A stretch of DNA of 64,000 nt from Dictyostelium discoideum (Eukaryota): contig CM000151.3 of NCBI GenBank assembly GCA_000004695.1, forward strand, positions 960,001-1,024,000. The letters are read 5' to 3'. Shown here piece after piece: positions 58,193 to 64,000 of the stretch; the stretch's first letter is position 1; every line of letters begins with the position of its first letter. Made by a program: the position numbers and the translations under genes. The notes under the pieces were generated by a model that did not search any database, had not been told where the DNA came from, and was given only the letters and a program-made list of their open reading frames with translations.

Positions 58193-59142
58193 ATGTTTAA
58201 GAAGTAATATTTATTTACAATGAAATATCAACATTTATTATTTATTTATACACAATTATTAATATTAAATTAATTATATTAATTTATTATTATTCTTATT
58301 ATAATTATTATTAAATTTTAATATTTAGATTATCATTAAAAGGTTCATCCAATACAAATAATCAAATTAAATCATCATTACAAAGAAATATAAAGAATTC
58401 AATTTTAGCACAATATCCAAAATTAAAAGATATAGAAGAGGATGTATTCCCAAAAAAAGTTCCAATTGTTCAAGTTAAATGTCAAAATCATATAAATTTA
58501 GTTTTAATTAACAATGAAGTTTTATTTTTTAATGAAAGAGAAGGACCATATTATCCAACTTTAAGATTCTTACATAAATGTAAGTTTTATTATTTTATTA
58601 TTATTATAGTAATTATTCTACTATAGTAGAATAAGGAAGAGGAAGAGGAGGAGGAGGAGGAGGAGGAAAGGATTTGTCATTTTACTTACTATTATTATTA
58701 TTGTTGTTGCTGTAATTATTATTATTATTATTATTATTAGATCCAAATATTTTACCACATGTTCAAGTTGATAAAGGTGCAATTAAATTCGTATTACAAG
58801 GCGCAAATATTATGTGTAGAGGTTTAACATCACCAGGTGCAAAGATGGAAGTTGATTTACCAGTTGATGCTATTGTTGCTGTTATGGCTGAAGGTAAAGA
58901 TCATGCTTCTGCAATTGGTGTAATGAAAATGTCAACAAATGATATGTATGTGTATTTTTTATTATATTGTTATTATTATTATTATTAGTATTACTATTAT
59001 TAAAGAATAAACTATTAACAATACCTCTCTCTCTTTCTTTCTTTCATTATTATTATATAGTCGTACAATCAATAATGACATTGGTATCAATAATATTCAT
59101 TATTTAGGTGATAGTTTATATATGTCACCAAACCTTGAATAA
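58193..59142 (+). CDS. mcts1: MCTS1 (malignant T-cell amplified sequence 1; PUA-domain translation re-initiation factor) homolog. Exons 58193..58203, 58329..58579, 58741..58945, 59061..59142.
   Basis: Spliced product MFKKLSLKGS...[77 protein letters not shown]...[46 protein letters not shown]. Compare human MCTS1 MFKKF...[50 protein letters not shown]...[21 protein letters not shown]...GIGIENIHYLNDGLW. All four exon phases check; 182 aa. Confidence 0.9.
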
Positions 59143-59380
59143 ACTTTAATAAAAATATAAATATTAGAAAAGAAAAAAAAAAAAAAAAGAGGGATAACCA
59201 AATTATTTCATTGAGTTTTTTTTTAAATTTTATTTTATTTTATCACCATAATTTAACAGATTTTCTTTGTTTTTTTTTTTTGTTTTTTTATTTCTTTTTT
59301 TATTTTTTGTTTTTGTAAAAATAAAATTTCTTAAATAATTAATTGAATACACGTATATATAAGAAGCGCAAAATAAAATC

Positions 59381-60461
<1,081 letters not shown>

Positions 60462-60909
60462 ATGATCCCATTTCTATTAAATATTTTATGTTCTTTTAAT
60501 TTTTATATATATTTTTATTGTTGTTGTTGTTGTTTATTTAATTTTTGATATGTTTGTGTGGTGTAGTTTAAAAAAATAAATGTTAAAAAAAAGAAAAAAA
60601 AACAATATTATTTTTATTTTTAAATTGTTTTTTAATATTATTATTATTTATTTTTTTTGTTCTGAATAACTGTTAAAAATAGTTTTTTTTTTTTTTTTTG
60701 AAATAAAAAAAAAAAAAAGAAAATTGTATTTATTTTTTATTTTTTTAAAACCAATTAAAAAACCAAAAAAAAAAAAAAAATAAAAAAAATTAAAATAAAA
60801 AAAAAAAATAAAAAAAAAAAAGGTTTTGTTCTATAAATAAATATATGTAAATATTATTTTTTATTATTATTTTTTTTTTTTAAAGTTATTTGATATAAAT
60901 TTATATGCG

Positions 60910-63896
<2,987 letters not shown>

Positions 63897-64000
63897 CTTT
63901 GAAATTTTTTTTTTTTAATTTTTTTTTATTTTATTTATTGATATTATTATTTAAAATTATTTGTTTATTTTAATTATTTTGTTTTATTTATTTTATTTTA

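Overview
The window looks like Dictyostelium discoideum nuclear DNA: about 75-80% AT, short GTAAGT...AG introns, and poly-N/poly-Q coding tracts. It is a gene-dense chromosomal segment containing a tRNA-targeted retrotransposon hub.

Genes on the + strand, in order:
- A RasGEF with REM and CDC25-homology domains.
- A GNAT acetyltransferase.
- A Piwi/Argonaute protein with a long Q/P/RGG-rich N-terminus.
- A MoaE molybdopterin synthase large subunit.
- A mitochondrial enoyl-CoA hydratase.
- A hypothetical N-glycosylated protein with an in-frame TGA.
- A hypothetical poly-N/poly-Q protein.
- A GAS41-like YEATS protein that may read through a TGA into a 1365-codon low-complexity ORF.
- A secreted Ser/Gly-repeat protein.
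- An MCTS1 homolog.

Genes on the - strand, in order:
- An RTA1-like membrane protein.
- Two paralogous B-box/coiled-coil plus FNIP-repeat genes.
- Vps52 of the GARP complex.
- A zeta-crystallin-type quinone oxidoreductase.
- A bromodomain/PHD/C2H2 poly-Q protein.
- A bacterial-type YqfB-like ASCH protein.
- A short-chain dehydrogenase.
- A secreted CDA-fold deaminase.
- A multi-TM helical protein.
- An ARL5 GTPase.
- An RBR E3 ligase.

The centre of the window (30.4-40.0 kb) is a tRNA-Gly(GCC) gene with its ex-B box. Downstream of it lies a TRE3-type non-LTR retrotransposon with apparently intact ORF1 and ORF2. Upstream lies a nested array of TRE5-A (DRE) fragments, including an unusual GC-rich island.

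There is no CRISPR or other prokaryotic feature. Exon boundaries were derived by eye from splice motifs and protein homology and are approximate where noted.
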